Source: an uncultured bacterium (GTDB lineage Bacteria > Hydrothermota > Hydrothermia > B15-G9 > WFZT01). Taken from it: DNA of 64,000 nucleotides. Where the stretch lies: contig CAYNMM010000030.1 of the NCBI GenBank assembly GCA_964398355.1, forward strand, positions 2,264-66,263, written 5' to 3'. Under the pieces are notes generated by a model, which was not told where the DNA came from, ran no database searches, and saw only the letters and a program-made list of their open reading frames with translations. Numbering within the stretch: the stretch's first letter is position 1; every line of letters starts with the position of its first letter. The position numbers and the translations under genes are program-made. Shown piece after piece: positions 41,248 through 51,442 of the stretch.

Positions 41248-41358
41248 CTATAATCCTCCGGTTTAAAAAATCTTGCTAAATTTTATTGGTGCATCTACAA
41301 AGTATCAAGAAAAACATTTTCCCAAACTGCTTGATTTTAATAGGATTTAAATTAAAAT

Positions 41359-41970
41359 ATGCAAATGTTAGTCGAAACTGTGTATGGAGGGTTTGAGTGT
41401 GTTGGATTGGAATTTCAAAATAATGTATTCCTGTTTAATCCAACAGAAAATTTTAATTGTAAATTCAAAACCCGCGGGAAAAATGTATATGTCTTCCAAA
41501 CAGTTCCTAACGCTCAAATCAGACTTTTTAAAGATTCAATAAATTTTAAACCTTCTTTCGGTAGTCACTCCTTTAAAGTTACAAATGAGCTTGGAGATGG
41601 TACTGAAGTGTCAATTTACCCTTATGGTGAGCAGTACGCTGTACTCGTGAAAAAAGGCAAATTCAGATTTTTTTATATGGATTCAAACTATATGTTTAAT
41701 ATCAAAGATCAATTAATTCATGACATCGTTGCAGACCTTAAGAAGTTCTTTGTACGAAGGATAGACATTGCGTTTCTTCCGTTGGTACCGGAAGATAATT
41801 CATCTCTGACGAATCTTTTATTAGATTTAAAACCCAAGCGGTTCGCCCCGTTACTTCCAACCAATGACCCTGGTCTAATCGAGAATTTTGTTAGAGAAAA
41901 TATTTTTGAGAAAACATCGATACTGATTTACACCAGAAAATGTGACAGATTCAAATTCAATTTAATTTGA
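41359..41970 (+). CDS. Hypothetical protein
   Basis: 203 aa and soluble. No recognisable motif. Confidence 0.3.
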   Translation: MQMLVETVYGGFECVGLEFQNNVFLFNPTENFNCKFKTRGKNVYVFQTVPNAQIRLFKDSINFKPSFGSHSFKVTNELGDGTEVSIYPYGEQYAVLVKKGKFRFFYMDSNYMFNIKDQLIHDIVADLKKFFVRRIDIAFLPLVPEDNSSLTNLLLDLKPKRFAPLLPTNDPGLIENFVRENIFEKTSILIYTRKCDRFKFNLI

Positions 41971-42003
41971 CATGATTCCGTTAAAAAAGGTATAATTTCC
42001 ACC

Positions 42004-42852
42004 ATGTTATTTCGCCGCAAGAAGAAAACAATAAAGATTGAAAAGAGGGATGTGCCAAAGGATATATTTATAAAATGTCCTTCCTGTGGAGAAATTATTT
42101 ATCGAAATCAGCTTGAAAAAAATTTACATGTTTGTCCAGTTTGTAACTATCATTTTCGAATCAGGGCTCTCGATTTTGTGAAATTATTACTTGATCATGG
42201 GGAATTCGATGAAAAAATTGGTGAACATCTCGAACCTGTGGATGTGCTTGAATTTCCCGGGTATAAAGAGAAAATAGAAAAATCAAGGAAAAAGACCGGG
42301 TTGCGTGAGGCAGCTATTGCTGGTACAGGTATAATGGGAGGAATGAGCATTGTTTTATTTGTGACCGATTTTGGTTTCCTTGGTGGCAGCATGGGGTCTG
42401 TTTATGGTGAAATTTTCTATCGAGCTGCGATAAAAGCTGTTGAGAAAAGAGTCCCCATGGTTTCTGTTACCTCTTCTGGTGGTGGTGCAAGAATGCACGA
42501 AGGGATATTTTCGCTTATGCAAATGGCCAAGACTACAGTCGGTGTAAATCTGCTTGAAGAGGCAAAGTTACCATTCATATCTGTCTTATCAGATCCCACA
42601 ATGGGGGGTGTTATGGCATCCTTTGCTGCACTCGGAGATGTAATCGTAGCTGAACCAAGGGCCCTTCTCGGCTTTGCGGGCCCCCGTGTAATAAAACAAA
42701 CAATCGGGGAAGATCTACCTGATGGTTTTCAAACTTCTGAGTTTTTACTTGAGCACGGGATGATAGACATGGTAGTGGATAGAAGGCAGTTAAAAGAAAC
42801 TATCGTAAAAATTCTTGATCATCTTACAAAGGGGGAGTATGGCAAGAGTTGA
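42004..42852 (+). CDS. accD: Acetyl-CoA carboxylase carboxyltransferase subunit beta
   Basis: The N-terminal Zn-ribbon is CPSCGEIIY...CPVCNYHFRI. A carboxyltransferase domain follows, with GGSMGSVYGE. Confidence 0.85.
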   Translation: MLFRRKKKTIKIEKRDVPKDIFIKCPSCGEIIYRNQLEKNLHVCPVCNYHFRIRALDFVKLLLDHGEFDEKIGEHLEPVDVLEFPGYKEKIEKSRKKTGLREAAIAGTGIMGGMSIVLFVTDFGFLGGSMGSVYGEIFYRAAIKAVEKRVPMVSVTSSGGGARMHEGIFSLMQMAKTTVGVNLLEEAKLPFISVLSDPTMGGVMASFAALGDVIVAEPRALLGFAGPRVIKQTIGEDLPDGFQTSEFLLEHGMIDMVVDRRQLKETIVKILDHLTKGEYGKS

Positions 42853-43945
42853 GCTTAAACACGTAACAAAGAAGTTTAACAGAGTCGTGGCTGTAAACGA
42901 CGTCTCTTTTGTCGTTGAAGATCACCAATTTGCAGTAATTCTTGGTCCATCAGGATGTGGCAAAACAACAACTTTAAGACTCATTGCGGGACTTGAGCAG
43001 GTGACGAACGGTGAGATCTACATCGGAGAAAGACTCGTTAATAATATTCCTCCTAAAGATCGAAATATCGCCATGGTGTTTCAAAATTATGCCCTATACC
43101 CACACATGACAGTTTACGACAATATGGCATTTGGCTTGAGAATGAGGAAGATTCCCAGAGACGAAATAGATAAAAGAGTAAAGGAAGCTGCTAAAATCCT
43201 TGCCATCGACCACTTACTGGATAGAAAACCCAAGGAATTGTCTGGTGGACAAAGGCAGAGGGTAGCACTCGGTAGAGCTATTGTGCGAAACCCGGATGTC
43301 TTTTTATTCGATGAGCCACTGTCAAATCTTGATGCAAAGATGAGAGTTCACATGAGGGCAGAGCTTGCCAAACTCCACAAAAGACTGGAGGCTACCTCAA
43401 TTTATGTAACACATGATCAGGTTGAAGCTATGACCCTTGGTGACATTATTATCCTCATGAACGATGGAATAATCCAGCAAATTGATGATCCACTATCTCT
43501 TTACCATCGTCCCAGAAACAAATTTGTTGCGGGTTTTATAGGCTCACCCCCAATGAACTTTTTTGATGGTGAACTAATTGAAGAGGGTGGGAAACTCTTT
43601 TTCAAAAACAAAGATTTCAGCGTCGAAATTCCAGAAAAAATTTCACAAAAATTACGTAAAAATTTTGAAAAAGATGTATTTCTGGGAATTAGACCAGAGG
43701 ATATAAGAAGTGAGAATGACCTGAAAAAGTCTGAAATGGCTCCGGTTATGATCGCAACGGTTGATTTTGTTGAAACACTCGGGAACGAAATCCTGGTGTA
43801 TTACAAAACAAAAAGCGGTATAAATTTTGTCTCTCGAATACCACCGTTCAATCCTCCGGAGCATGGAGAGAAGCTACATATTTACTTCTATCTTGAAAGG
43901 GTTCATATTTTCTCCGCCAAGTCTGGTCTAAATATCTCACTTTGA
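42839..43945 (+). CDS. ABC transporter ATP-binding protein, MalK/UgpC (carbohydrate-import) type, without adjacent permease or SBP
   Basis: Walker A is GPSGCGKTT. The signature is LSGGQRQRVAL. Walker B is FLFDEPLSNLD. A C-terminal regulatory/TOBE-like domain is present. The start at 42839 has a GGGGGAG Shine-Dalgarno sequence. Confidence 0.75.
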   Translation: MARVELKHVTKKFNRVVAVNDVSFVVEDHQFAVILGPSGCGKTTTLRLIAGLEQVTNGEIYIGERLVNNIPPKDRNIAMVFQNYALYPHMTVYDNMAFGLRMRKIPRDEIDKRVKEAAKILAIDHLLDRKPKELSGGQRQRVALGRAIVRNPDVFLFDEPLSNLDAKMRVHMRAELAKLHKRLEATSIYVTHDQVEAMTLGDIIILMNDGIIQQIDDPLSLYHRPRNKFVAGFIGSPPMNFFDGELIEEGGKLFFKNKDFSVEIPEKISQKLRKNFEKDVFLGIRPEDIRSENDLKKSEMAPVMIATVDFVETLGNEILVYYKTKSGINFVSRIPPFNPPEHGEKLHIYFYLERVHIFSAKSGLNISL

Positions 43946-43948
43946 GAG

Positions 43949-45154
43949 ATGCTCAAAAAATTTAAAAATCTGGCATCCTATTCATGGGGGGTATTCAAAA
44001 AATTTAATAGGGATGGATGTTTTTCACGAGCCTCGGCACTTTCCTATGCTACACTTTTTTCATTGGTTCCAATAACTGCAATTTCGTTCTCTCTGTTTTC
44101 ATCTTTTAGTGCCTTCAAAAGCTTCAGGGAACAACTTGAAAATTTCATTTTCAAAAATTTTCTACCATCTTCGGCAGCAAAAATCCAGGAATACATTCAG
44201 AATTTTGTTGGAAACACAGCAACTCTTAATATCATCGGACTGATATTTCTTGTCATTGCCTCGGTATTTATCATAGACACGATTGAGGTTGCTCTAAATG
44301 AAATCTGGTCTGTCAAGGTTAAAAGGCCGTGGGGGCAAAAATTTGCTTCATTCTGGGCATTTTTGACTTTGACCCCTCTTCTTCTCGGACTCTCGTTTTA
44401 CGTTTCTGCAAGGTTATCAGAAAGGTTTGGATCATCACCTTTATTCCACCTACATTTTATTACAAAACTTTTCTTTCTCACTTTTCCTGTCATACTTGCA
44501 TGGGCCGGTTTTTTCGTAATGTACTACTTCTTACCCTACATTGAGGTTTCTGCAAAACCAGCACTCATTGGTAGTGGCTTTACAAGTGTGGTCTGGGAAA
44601 TTTCCAAACACATCTTTGACTGGTACATTACCACAAAGGCGGCCTACAACCACATTTATGGCACAATGGCCGTCATCTTAATTTTCCTGATCTGGATGTA
44701 CTTTTTCTGGCTCCTTGTTTTATTTGGAGCAGAAATAACAGCAACTCTACAATGGCCTGAACTTCTTACAGGTGAGAAGATTACAAATTACAAGAAATTA
44801 AAGGCCTTCATTCTGATATGTGAGAATTTTGAAAAAGGGAAGGGAGCCACCCCCTTAAAACCACTTGCAAAAAGATTACACACATCACCCCATGAGTTAA
44901 AAACCATACTTGACATATTTGTCGAGAAGGGGATAATTGAAAACATAGATGGAAAATATCTTCCGGTAAAGCCACCATCGAAAATCTCGCTTGGTGAATT
45001 GATTGAATTGGCAGAAATAATAAATTTTCCTGTACCGGAGAAACCATTAGACAGGCTTGACGAATTTCTCATAAAATTTTCCTATGAGATGAAGAACAAT
45101 ATCAAAGAGCATCACAATGTAAGTCTCAAAGAGGTGATAGAAAATTATGGGTGA
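43949..45154 (+). CDS. YihY/BrkB-family inner membrane protein
   Basis: The family signature RASALSYATLFSLVP is present. It is polytopic and 401 aa. Confidence 0.65.
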   Translation: MLKKFKNLASYSWGVFKKFNRDGCFSRASALSYATLFSLVPITAISFSLFSSFSAFKSFREQLENFIFKNFLPSSAAKIQEYIQNFVGNTATLNIIGLIFLVIASVFIIDTIEVALNEIWSVKVKRPWGQKFASFWAFLTLTPLLLGLSFYVSARLSERFGSSPLFHLHFITKLFFLTFPVILAWAGFFVMYYFLPYIEVSAKPALIGSGFTSVVWEISKHIFDWYITTKAAYNHIYGTMAVILIFLIWMYFFWLLVLFGAEITATLQWPELLTGEKITNYKKLKAFILICENFEKGKGATPLKPLAKRLHTSPHELKTILDIFVEKGIIENIDGKYLPVKPPSKISLGELIELAEIINFPVPEKPLDRLDEFLIKFSYEMKNNIKEHHNVSLKEVIENYG

Positions 45155-45830
45155 AATAATCATTGCTTTAAATACGTATGATAAAAAATTAGCTGTGAAT
45201 TGGGTGAAAAATTTCAAAGATAGGGTAAAAATCTTTAAGATCGGTCTTCCACTATTCAGCCGTTACGGCCCACAAATTGTACAGGATATAAAAAATCAAG
45301 GTGTTGAAATCTTTCTCGATATGAAACTTCATGACATTCCAAGTGTTGTGGGAGACTCCGTTCGTGCTTTAAAAAATCTTGAAGTGAAATACGTAACAAT
45401 CCACATTACTGGTGGAAATTCTATGATCTCGGAAGCCCTGTCAGCGGCTGAAGGTAAAATTGAAATTATCGGTGTTACAATTTTGACCAGCATCGATGAT
45501 GTGATGTTGTCTAAACTCATGGGGTATAATTTGAAAGTCAAAGACACGGTTTCAAATCTTGTGGACATTTTTGTTAAACATGGTGGGCGCAGTATCGTTC
45601 TTTCAGGTCTTGAGGCCAAAACAATCAAAGAAAAATATCCAGATATTAAAGTATTTGTCCCGGGCATAAGATTCTCGGATGATAAGAGAGGCGATCAAGC
45701 AAGAATTGTAACCCCGGAGTTTGCAAGGAAAAACAAATTCGATTTCATTGTGGTAGGACGTTCTGTAACCCATGCTAAAGATCCAGACAAAGCATTAAAT
45801 AGATTAATAGGAGAGTTTTATGGAACTTAA
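45147..45830 (+). CDS. pyrF: Orotidine 5'-phosphate decarboxylase
   Basis: FKIGLPLF and DMKLHDIP motifs are present. Length is 227 aa. Confidence 0.75.
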   Translation: MGEIIIALNTYDKKLAVNWVKNFKDRVKIFKIGLPLFSRYGPQIVQDIKNQGVEIFLDMKLHDIPSVVGDSVRALKNLEVKYVTIHITGGNSMISEALSAAEGKIEIIGVTILTSIDDVMLSKLMGYNLKVKDTVSNLVDIFVKHGGRSIVLSGLEAKTIKEKYPDIKVFVPGIRFSDDKRGDQARIVTPEFARKNKFDFIVVGRSVTHAKDPDKALNRLIGEFYGT

Positions 45831-46077
45831 ATCTTTCGAATGTAAAGGATGTGGCACTATTATCTGGGTTCCTGAGAATCAAGGTGATCCCATGTATTGC
45901 CCTTTGTGTAGAAGTGGTTTAACAGAAGTAAACGTGAAATTTGACGAGAATGCAAGTGAATATATTTGTCCTGAATGTGAGAACAGTTTTTTCACTACGA
46001 GGACTCCTTATAAATGTGCTTACTGCAATTATACTTTCCCTCGAACCCCTTATTTAAAACAGGACGAAAGGCTTTAG
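45820..46077 (+). CDS. Small double zinc-ribbon protein
   Basis: Four CxxC pairs are present: CKGC, CPLC, CPEC, CAYC. Length is 85 aa. Confidence 0.4.
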   Translation: MELKSFECKGCGTIIWVPENQGDPMYCPLCRSGLTEVNVKFDENASEYICPECENSFFTTRTPYKCAYCNYTFPRTPYLKQDERL

Positions 46078-47285
46078 CGTTGTATTCCACGCCATAAGAC
46101 TTCGTCTATGCCCTCTCTTGACCTGATTAAAAAGTACCTATCCGCTTCACACAGGACCTCTGCTGGTCTTGGCCTTGCATTGTAATTTGACGCCATCGTC
46201 ATGCCGTATGCCCCAGTATCCATTATGGCAAGAAGATCTCCTCTATCAGGTATTTCAAGTTCAAAATCCCGACCGAACACATCGGTAGACTCACACACAG
46301 GTCCTCCAACCGAGAATAACTCCTTTGTCCGTCCATTTTTCACAACATTAACAATTCTATGCCTTGCCCCGTAATACGCAGGTCTTGAAAAATCGTTCAT
46401 ACCTGCGTCAACAATAACGAAATCTCTTTTTCTGTAAAGTACTTTTGTCACAAGAATTCCAGCTCTTGCAATTATGAACCTCCCTGGCTCTGTTATCACC
46501 TCGTCCACAAAATTCCTTAGGTACAGGAGAACATTCTTCCTGAAACCGTTGAAATCAAACTTCTTTCCAGTTGCATCATAGTCCACTCCAAAACCTCCCC
46601 CAATATCAAAAGTAGAAATTTTTTCAAAGTGAAAAAGATGTTCAACCTTTTTGACAGCCTCAAGATAGGGCTCCCATTCAAAGATCTGTGAACCGATGTG
46701 CACGTGGAGACCGGTAATAGATACCCATCTATCCGAAAACGTCTTCAAAATTTCTTCAGCTAAGTCGAGGTCAATTCCAAATTTACTTGATTTTTTTGCA
46801 GTGGCGATCTTGTCTATTGTTTTTGGGGATACATCCGGATTTATTCTCAGAGCAACATTTATACGTTTTTGCAATTTACTTGCAATTTCTTTTATAACAT
46901 AAAGCTCTTCTTCCGACTCAACATTCAACAATTTGATTCCATTTTCCATTGCAAATTCTATCTCTTCTACTGTTTTTCCAACACCGGCAAAAACTATTTT
47001 ATCAGGAGGAAAATGGGTCTCAATTGCCAATTTAACCTCACCACCTGACACAGTATCCGCACCACATCCATATTCTTTGATAATGCGCAAAATATGCGGG
47101 TTGTTGTTCGCTTTTAGGGAGTAAGCAATAAGATGGGGAATGTCTTTAAACACTTCTTTAATCTGCTCAATTCTTTTTAGAAATGATGATTTGCTATAAA
47201 CGTACAGGGGAGTGCCAAACTGTCTGGCTAAATCTGTGATGCTCACTTCCTCGCAATATAATTCGCCGTTCTTCCACTCAAACAT
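46074..47285 (-). CDS. lysA: Diaminopimelate decarboxylase
   Basis: YSLKANNNPHILRII is the PLP Lys region. CESTD, an EPGR-type motif and the HxH-type motif GLHVHIGSQI are present. Length is 403 aa. Confidence 0.8.
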   Translation of the reverse strand: MFEWKNGELYCEEVSITDLARQFGTPLYVYSKSSFLKRIEQIKEVFKDIPHLIAYSLKANNNPHILRIIKEYGCGADTVSGGEVKLAIETHFPPDKIVFAGVGKTVEEIEFAMENGIKLLNVESEEELYVIKEIASKLQKRINVALRINPDVSPKTIDKIATAKKSSKFGIDLDLAEEILKTFSDRWVSITGLHVHIGSQIFEWEPYLEAVKKVEHLFHFEKISTFDIGGGFGVDYDATGKKFDFNGFRKNVLLYLRNFVDEVITEPGRFIIARAGILVTKVLYRKRDFVIVDAGMNDFSRPAYYGARHRIVNVVKNGRTKELFSVGGPVCESTDVFGRDFELEIPDRGDLLAIMDTGAYGMTMASNYNARPRPAEVLCEADRYFLIRSREGIDEVLWRGIQR

Positions 47286-47286
47286 T

Positions 47287-49260
47287 TTACTTTACCACCA
47301 TTATTTTGAATACCCTCTTACGATCAAGAGTTACAAAATAAACACCTGAAGAAAGATTTTTAACTTTTAGCTTTCTCATATTTGGATAGATGCGAGAACA
47401 AAACACCTTCCTTCCACACGGATCAAAAATTTCCACAATAGCAGCATGCCTTACACCATTAAAATTCAGGAATCCATTAAAAGAATAAGAAATTGATAAC
47501 TTTGATCCATTGGAGAAGGAATTTTCTCGTACGGATGTGAGATCAAAAATATTGTAAATATCACGCAATATTTGAACAACAAATGTTGTGTCTTGACTGT
47601 GATCTATGGAAAATGAGAAGAAGATGATGCTTGTATCACCGTTAATCACACCAGCTGTTCCATCTCCTTTAAAGCTGAATACCACGAACGAGCCGTTGGT
47701 TGTGTCTATAACATTCGATTCAGCTCCCGTGGAAATAATTGCGGATAAATCGTAAAATGGTCCACACGGCTTTGCGATTACGGTGTCAGTCCCTGCGGAG
47801 TCCCGCACAAATCTTACACCTGCCAGATTCAGGATACCTGAAGTCTCAAGAATTTTTGCAGTCCTGGCACCATTTACAAACATTTTTCCACCTGCATTCA
47901 GGTATGTAATTAGCGCTGTTGTATCAATTGCTGTTGTATCGATCCCTTTACTCAGTATTACAAGAGTGAAATCGTTCAAATCCATTGAAGAAAGCGCATT
48001 CTGGCTCACTGTTTCGATTGTTATGTTTTTAAGTCCCCACAAATAACGTGTGAAGTAATCATGTCCCTTTTCCTCTGAATTTCCATCAACAATCAAAACT
48101 TTATCCGGTGAAGTGGTTCGTCTTATAACAAAGATAGTTGATGAATCACTGTAATTCTCCTGATTGTCAAAAGCTCGCACTCTAAAATAAAAATTCCAGT
48201 TTCGGGTCAGAATCCTGGACGTTGTAAAAGTTGATTCAGAAGGGGACACTGTAGCCCACTTAACCCATCTTGAATTTCCAAATTTTAGATAAATATCATA
48301 GCCGGCCAGGTCAGACGAGGTATCCGGCTTCCAGCTAAGACATGCTCTGCCGTCAGGGAGTAATTTAAGGGACGTAAGCTCGGGAATCTCAGGAGGTGTT
48401 GTATCTGTTGGAACAACATGAATATTCACAAAGTTCGTATCCCAATTATCTCTGGTATCCGAAGCGTAAACAGCGAGAACGTAATCACCCTCCGGTACGT
48501 GTTTCAGATCCAGACTTCCTCTTGCCTTGGCCGTTGAATTTGTCACTATGTAATAATGATTTTGATTGTTTGACCAGGGAACATAGTAAACTTCTTCCAC
48601 TGGTGTTGAAGGCAAATGGACAAATTCAACGAGTTTATGTGGACCAATAATTAGGTTCTGGGTATCGGCAGAAAAGAGGGCATAATAAATTTGAAAAACA
48701 CCATTATTACTGCCTATTATACCAGATCCTGTGGTATCAAGAGCGCCTGCAACAATATCAACCTGACCGTATAAACTGTCAGGATTCATGTAATTTCCAA
48801 GGTAATGACTGAAAAATGTTATACTATACACACTTGTCCCCCATGGATCATAAAAGGGAGAAAGTTGACCTGGTAACAATGGATTGGATACTGGATATGA
48901 TGATGCTCCACCACCATCCTTGAAATGGACATGAGCACCTGAATTTATGTATCCTACGATTTCTCCTTGATTCACTGTATCCCCAAGCTGGATGTCAGAG
49001 CGAGGAACTACATGGACGTAAGCAAATCTCCCTACTCTTATTCCCCCATTGAAGCCGGAGCCGAGCCACAGGACTACACCTCCCTCAACAGCATAAACAG
49101 GAGTCCCCTCCGGTGCAGGTATATCAACACCATTATGAAAATGAATAGGTGGACCTGATCGAAATTCCCCAAACGTCCCTGAAATGTTGTGCTGTTGATT
49201 CACAGGTGCAATAGGCCAGGAATAGGAAATTACGAGACCTAAGATCAATGTTAAAATCAT
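47287..49260 (-). CDS. Secreted M23-family metallopeptidase with Ig/FN3-like middle region and a T9SS (Por) C-terminal sorting domain
   Basis: The N-terminus carries HNGVDIPAPEGTPVYAVEGG and GAHVHF, the M23 motifs HxxxD and HxH. The C-terminal ~80 aa end ...GVYFVTLDRKRVFKIMVVK, typical of a T9SS CTD. Confidence 0.6.
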   Translation of the reverse strand: MILTLILGLVISYSWPIAPVNQQHNISGTFGEFRSGPPIHFHNGVDIPAPEGTPVYAVEGGVVLWLGSGFNGGIRVGRFAYVHVVPRSDIQLGDTVNQGEIVGYINSGAHVHFKDGGGASSYPVSNPLLPGQLSPFYDPWGTSVYSITFFSHYLGNYMNPDSLYGQVDIVAGALDTTGSGIIGSNNGVFQIYYALFSADTQNLIIGPHKLVEFVHLPSTPVEEVYYVPWSNNQNHYYIVTNSTAKARGSLDLKHVPEGDYVLAVYASDTRDNWDTNFVNIHVVPTDTTPPEIPELTSLKLLPDGRACLSWKPDTSSDLAGYDIYLKFGNSRWVKWATVSPSESTFTTSRILTRNWNFYFRVRAFDNQENYSDSSTIFVIRRTTSPDKVLIVDGNSEEKGHDYFTRYLWGLKNITIETVSQNALSSMDLNDFTLVILSKGIDTTAIDTTALITYLNAGGKMFVNGARTAKILETSGILNLAGVRFVRDSAGTDTVIAKPCGPFYDLSAIISTGAESNVIDTTNGSFVVFSFKGDGTAGVINGDTSIIFFSFSIDHSQDTTFVVQILRDIYNIFDLTSVRENSFSNGSKLSISYSFNGFLNFNGVRHAAIVEIFDPCGRKVFCSRIYPNMRKLKVKNLSSGVYFVTLDRKRVFKIMVVK

Positions 49261-49292
49261 ATCAGTCTCCTTTTATAGTGAAAGATGTTCCT

Positions 49293-50084
49293 CTATCCTT
49301 GTTGATCATAACACCTTCTAAATCTTTCAAATGTATTTTTGACAGGCTTTAAAACTCCTCCACTTTTTTGAATGAAGACACCTCTTCCACGAATTTTCAC
49401 AAGCATAATCGGAATTCCTTTACTTAATTTCACGTCGAGTATAATTCCCTTCGCAATTTCTTCCCTCACCTTTCCATCTCTAAACACCATTATCTTTTTT
49501 CTTGTTGCAAAAACAAGTTTACTGCCATCAAAATCAACAGCTATAATCTTCGGAATCTTCCATTCATGATTGTCCAGAGGAGACACAACAAAATCTTCTG
49601 TTATAGCATTATTTTTTACTCTGTAGAGTCTCAGAAAAATCTTTCCATTCCTTATCCATAATCCTGCAGGGAAAAGTGAGCTGTAAGTATTCTTGAACAA
49701 TCTCTTAAAATTTTTAAAAGCAATAAAATAAGTTTTACCATTCAAAAAATAGGCTACAGCCATCAAATTACCCTGGACATCAAAAGCAGAATAGGACTCG
49801 ATCTCATACCAATTTTTATCAGGATGAAAATTGAATATCCATTTATTACCGGAATCTACAACTGACAACTTGTAGGTTGCAGGATAAAAGGCAACAAGTT
49901 GGCCTTTATCGGTCAGTCTCACTTCTGGAACATTTTCTCCCCGGTATTTAAGCTCGACAATTTTTCTATGGTAAGGATTCAGCACGACGACACTACTGTC
50001 ATCTTCATAGGCCTTATAACCATTACATTCGGCAACAGGATTTGAATTTATCAGGATAACTGAAATAAGTGCAGAAATTATCAT
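49293..50084 (-). CDS. Hypothetical secreted protein
   Basis: A signal-peptide-like N-terminus is present. No family recognised. Confidence 0.3.
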   Translation of the reverse strand: MIISALISVILINSNPVAECNGYKAYEDDSSVVVLNPYHRKIVELKYRGENVPEVRLTDKGQLVAFYPATYKLSVVDSGNKWIFNFHPDKNWYEIESYSAFDVQGNLMAVAYFLNGKTYFIAFKNFKRLFKNTYSSLFPAGLWIRNGKIFLRLYRVKNNAITEDFVVSPLDNHEWKIPKIIAVDFDGSKLVFATRKKIMVFRDGKVREEIAKGIILDVKLSKGIPIMLVKIRGRGVFIQKSGGVLKPVKNTFERFRRCYDQQG

Positions 50085-50911
50085 AACTTTTTTACCTCGA
50101 CCCGTGGAGCTTCAAGCCCAAGAATCAGCCATTCGTGGTTTACAGGTCCGTGTCCATTTCCATGTTCAAGGCTATACTTTACACCTCCAGTAACGAAAAT
50201 TTTCGCATTTATTACAGCGTCAACAATATCCTGTCCTTTTGCAAGGTAAGCAGCGATTGCAGATGCATAGGTACAACCTGTCCCATGTGTGTTTTTCGTA
50301 TAGAACCTTTCAGCTCGAAACTCATAAAAATCTTCACCGGTAAATAGATAATCAATAGCAATTTTTCCCTCCTCAAGATGTCCTCCCTTCATCAGGACGT
50401 ATTTAGGTCCAAGAGAACGAATCTTTTTCGCTGCCACCAGCATGTCATCTCCTGTTTTTATCTCCATCCCTGCCAGAACTTCTGCTTCTGGAACATTGGG
50501 TGTCACAATGTAGGCCATCGGCAAAAATTCCGATATCAAAGTTTCAGTTGCCTCTGGCTTCAGCAAGGGATCTCCTCCTTTAGCTCTCATAACTGGATCA
50601 ACCACAATTTTCTCTACTTTCCACTTTTTTAAAGTACTGGCAACAGCTCTGATGATCTTTGCATTTGACAACATACCTGTTTTGACAACATCGACGTGAA
50701 GATCTTCGAAAATAACATCAATCTGCTTTGCCACGAAGCCAGGATCAATATCAAAAATGCCATAGACACCGGTTGTATTCTGGGCTGTTAGTGAGGTAAT
50801 AGCACTCATTCCAAACACTCCCAGAGCAGTATACGTCTTCAAATCGGCCTGAATTCCGGCCCCTCCACCACTGTCTGAACCAGCTATTGTTAAAACTGAC
50901 GGGATTCTCAT
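50081..50911 (-). CDS. thiD: Hydroxymethylpyrimidine/phosphomethylpyrimidine kinase
   Basis: SVLTIAGSDSGGGAGIQADLKT matches. A strong RBS (AAGGAGTG) precedes the ATG at 50911. The longer start in the ORF track would include that RBS. Confidence 0.8.
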   Translation of the reverse strand: MRIPSVLTIAGSDSGGGAGIQADLKTYTALGVFGMSAITSLTAQNTTGVYGIFDIDPGFVAKQIDVIFEDLHVDVVKTGMLSNAKIIRAVASTLKKWKVEKIVVDPVMRAKGGDPLLKPEATETLISEFLPMAYIVTPNVPEAEVLAGMEIKTGDDMLVAAKKIRSLGPKYVLMKGGHLEEGKIAIDYLFTGEDFYEFRAERFYTKNTHGTGCTYASAIAAYLAKGQDIVDAVINAKIFVTGGVKYSLEHGNGHGPVNHEWLILGLEAPRVEVKKL

Positions 50912-51091
50912 TCTTATCACTCCTTTTTGATTGAATTTTAGATTAATGAGCTTATATGGAAATATCAAATTTTTTGGACAAATTCATTAAACCATTCTAA
51001 GATTCGGATTAAATATTTAAACGTTGAAATGTGACTTAACTACTCTTCTGGTGTAGAACAGGATTTCAAAATGCAGACAAACGGGCCTACA

Positions 51092-51442
51092 CTATGCCTT
51101 GCTATGGCGATATTTTATAACTTTAACTTTTTCCATCGTTATAAGGCCCTCCTTAACGACTTCGTCAAGGAAAGGAATAAGAGCATCGATTTTTTCTTTT
51201 CTATCCACAATTTCTATGATTATGGGTAGGTCCTCTGACAGCCTCAAAATTTTTGCTGTATGCAGACGACTTTCCGCACCGAATCCCATTATACCTCTCA
51301 AAACAGTTGCACCCGCAAGTCCCATTTCCCTTGCCCTCAAAACAATTTGCTCATACAGAGGTTTCCCACGGTATCTATCCTTTTCACCAATAAAAATTCT
51401 TAACAAAATACCCTCTTCAGGGAGTTTCATATTTACCTCCAA
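51092..51442 (-). CDS. DUF190 (PII-like) protein commonly paired with CrcB
   Basis: 116 aa. It overlaps and lies just downstream of crcB. The GIMGFG-containing fold region is present. Confidence 0.55.
   Translation of the reverse strand: MEVNMKLPEEGILLRIFIGEKDRYRGKPLYEQIVLRAREMGLAGATVLRGIMGFGAESRLHTAKILRLSEDLPIIIEIVDRKEKIDALIPFLDEVVKEGLITMEKVKVIKYRHSKA

Noticed and set aside
50912-51091. A TPP riboswitch upstream of thiD.
   Set aside because: The leader has no CUGAGA or GGGG(U)GC type conserved segments. I see only a strong RBS.
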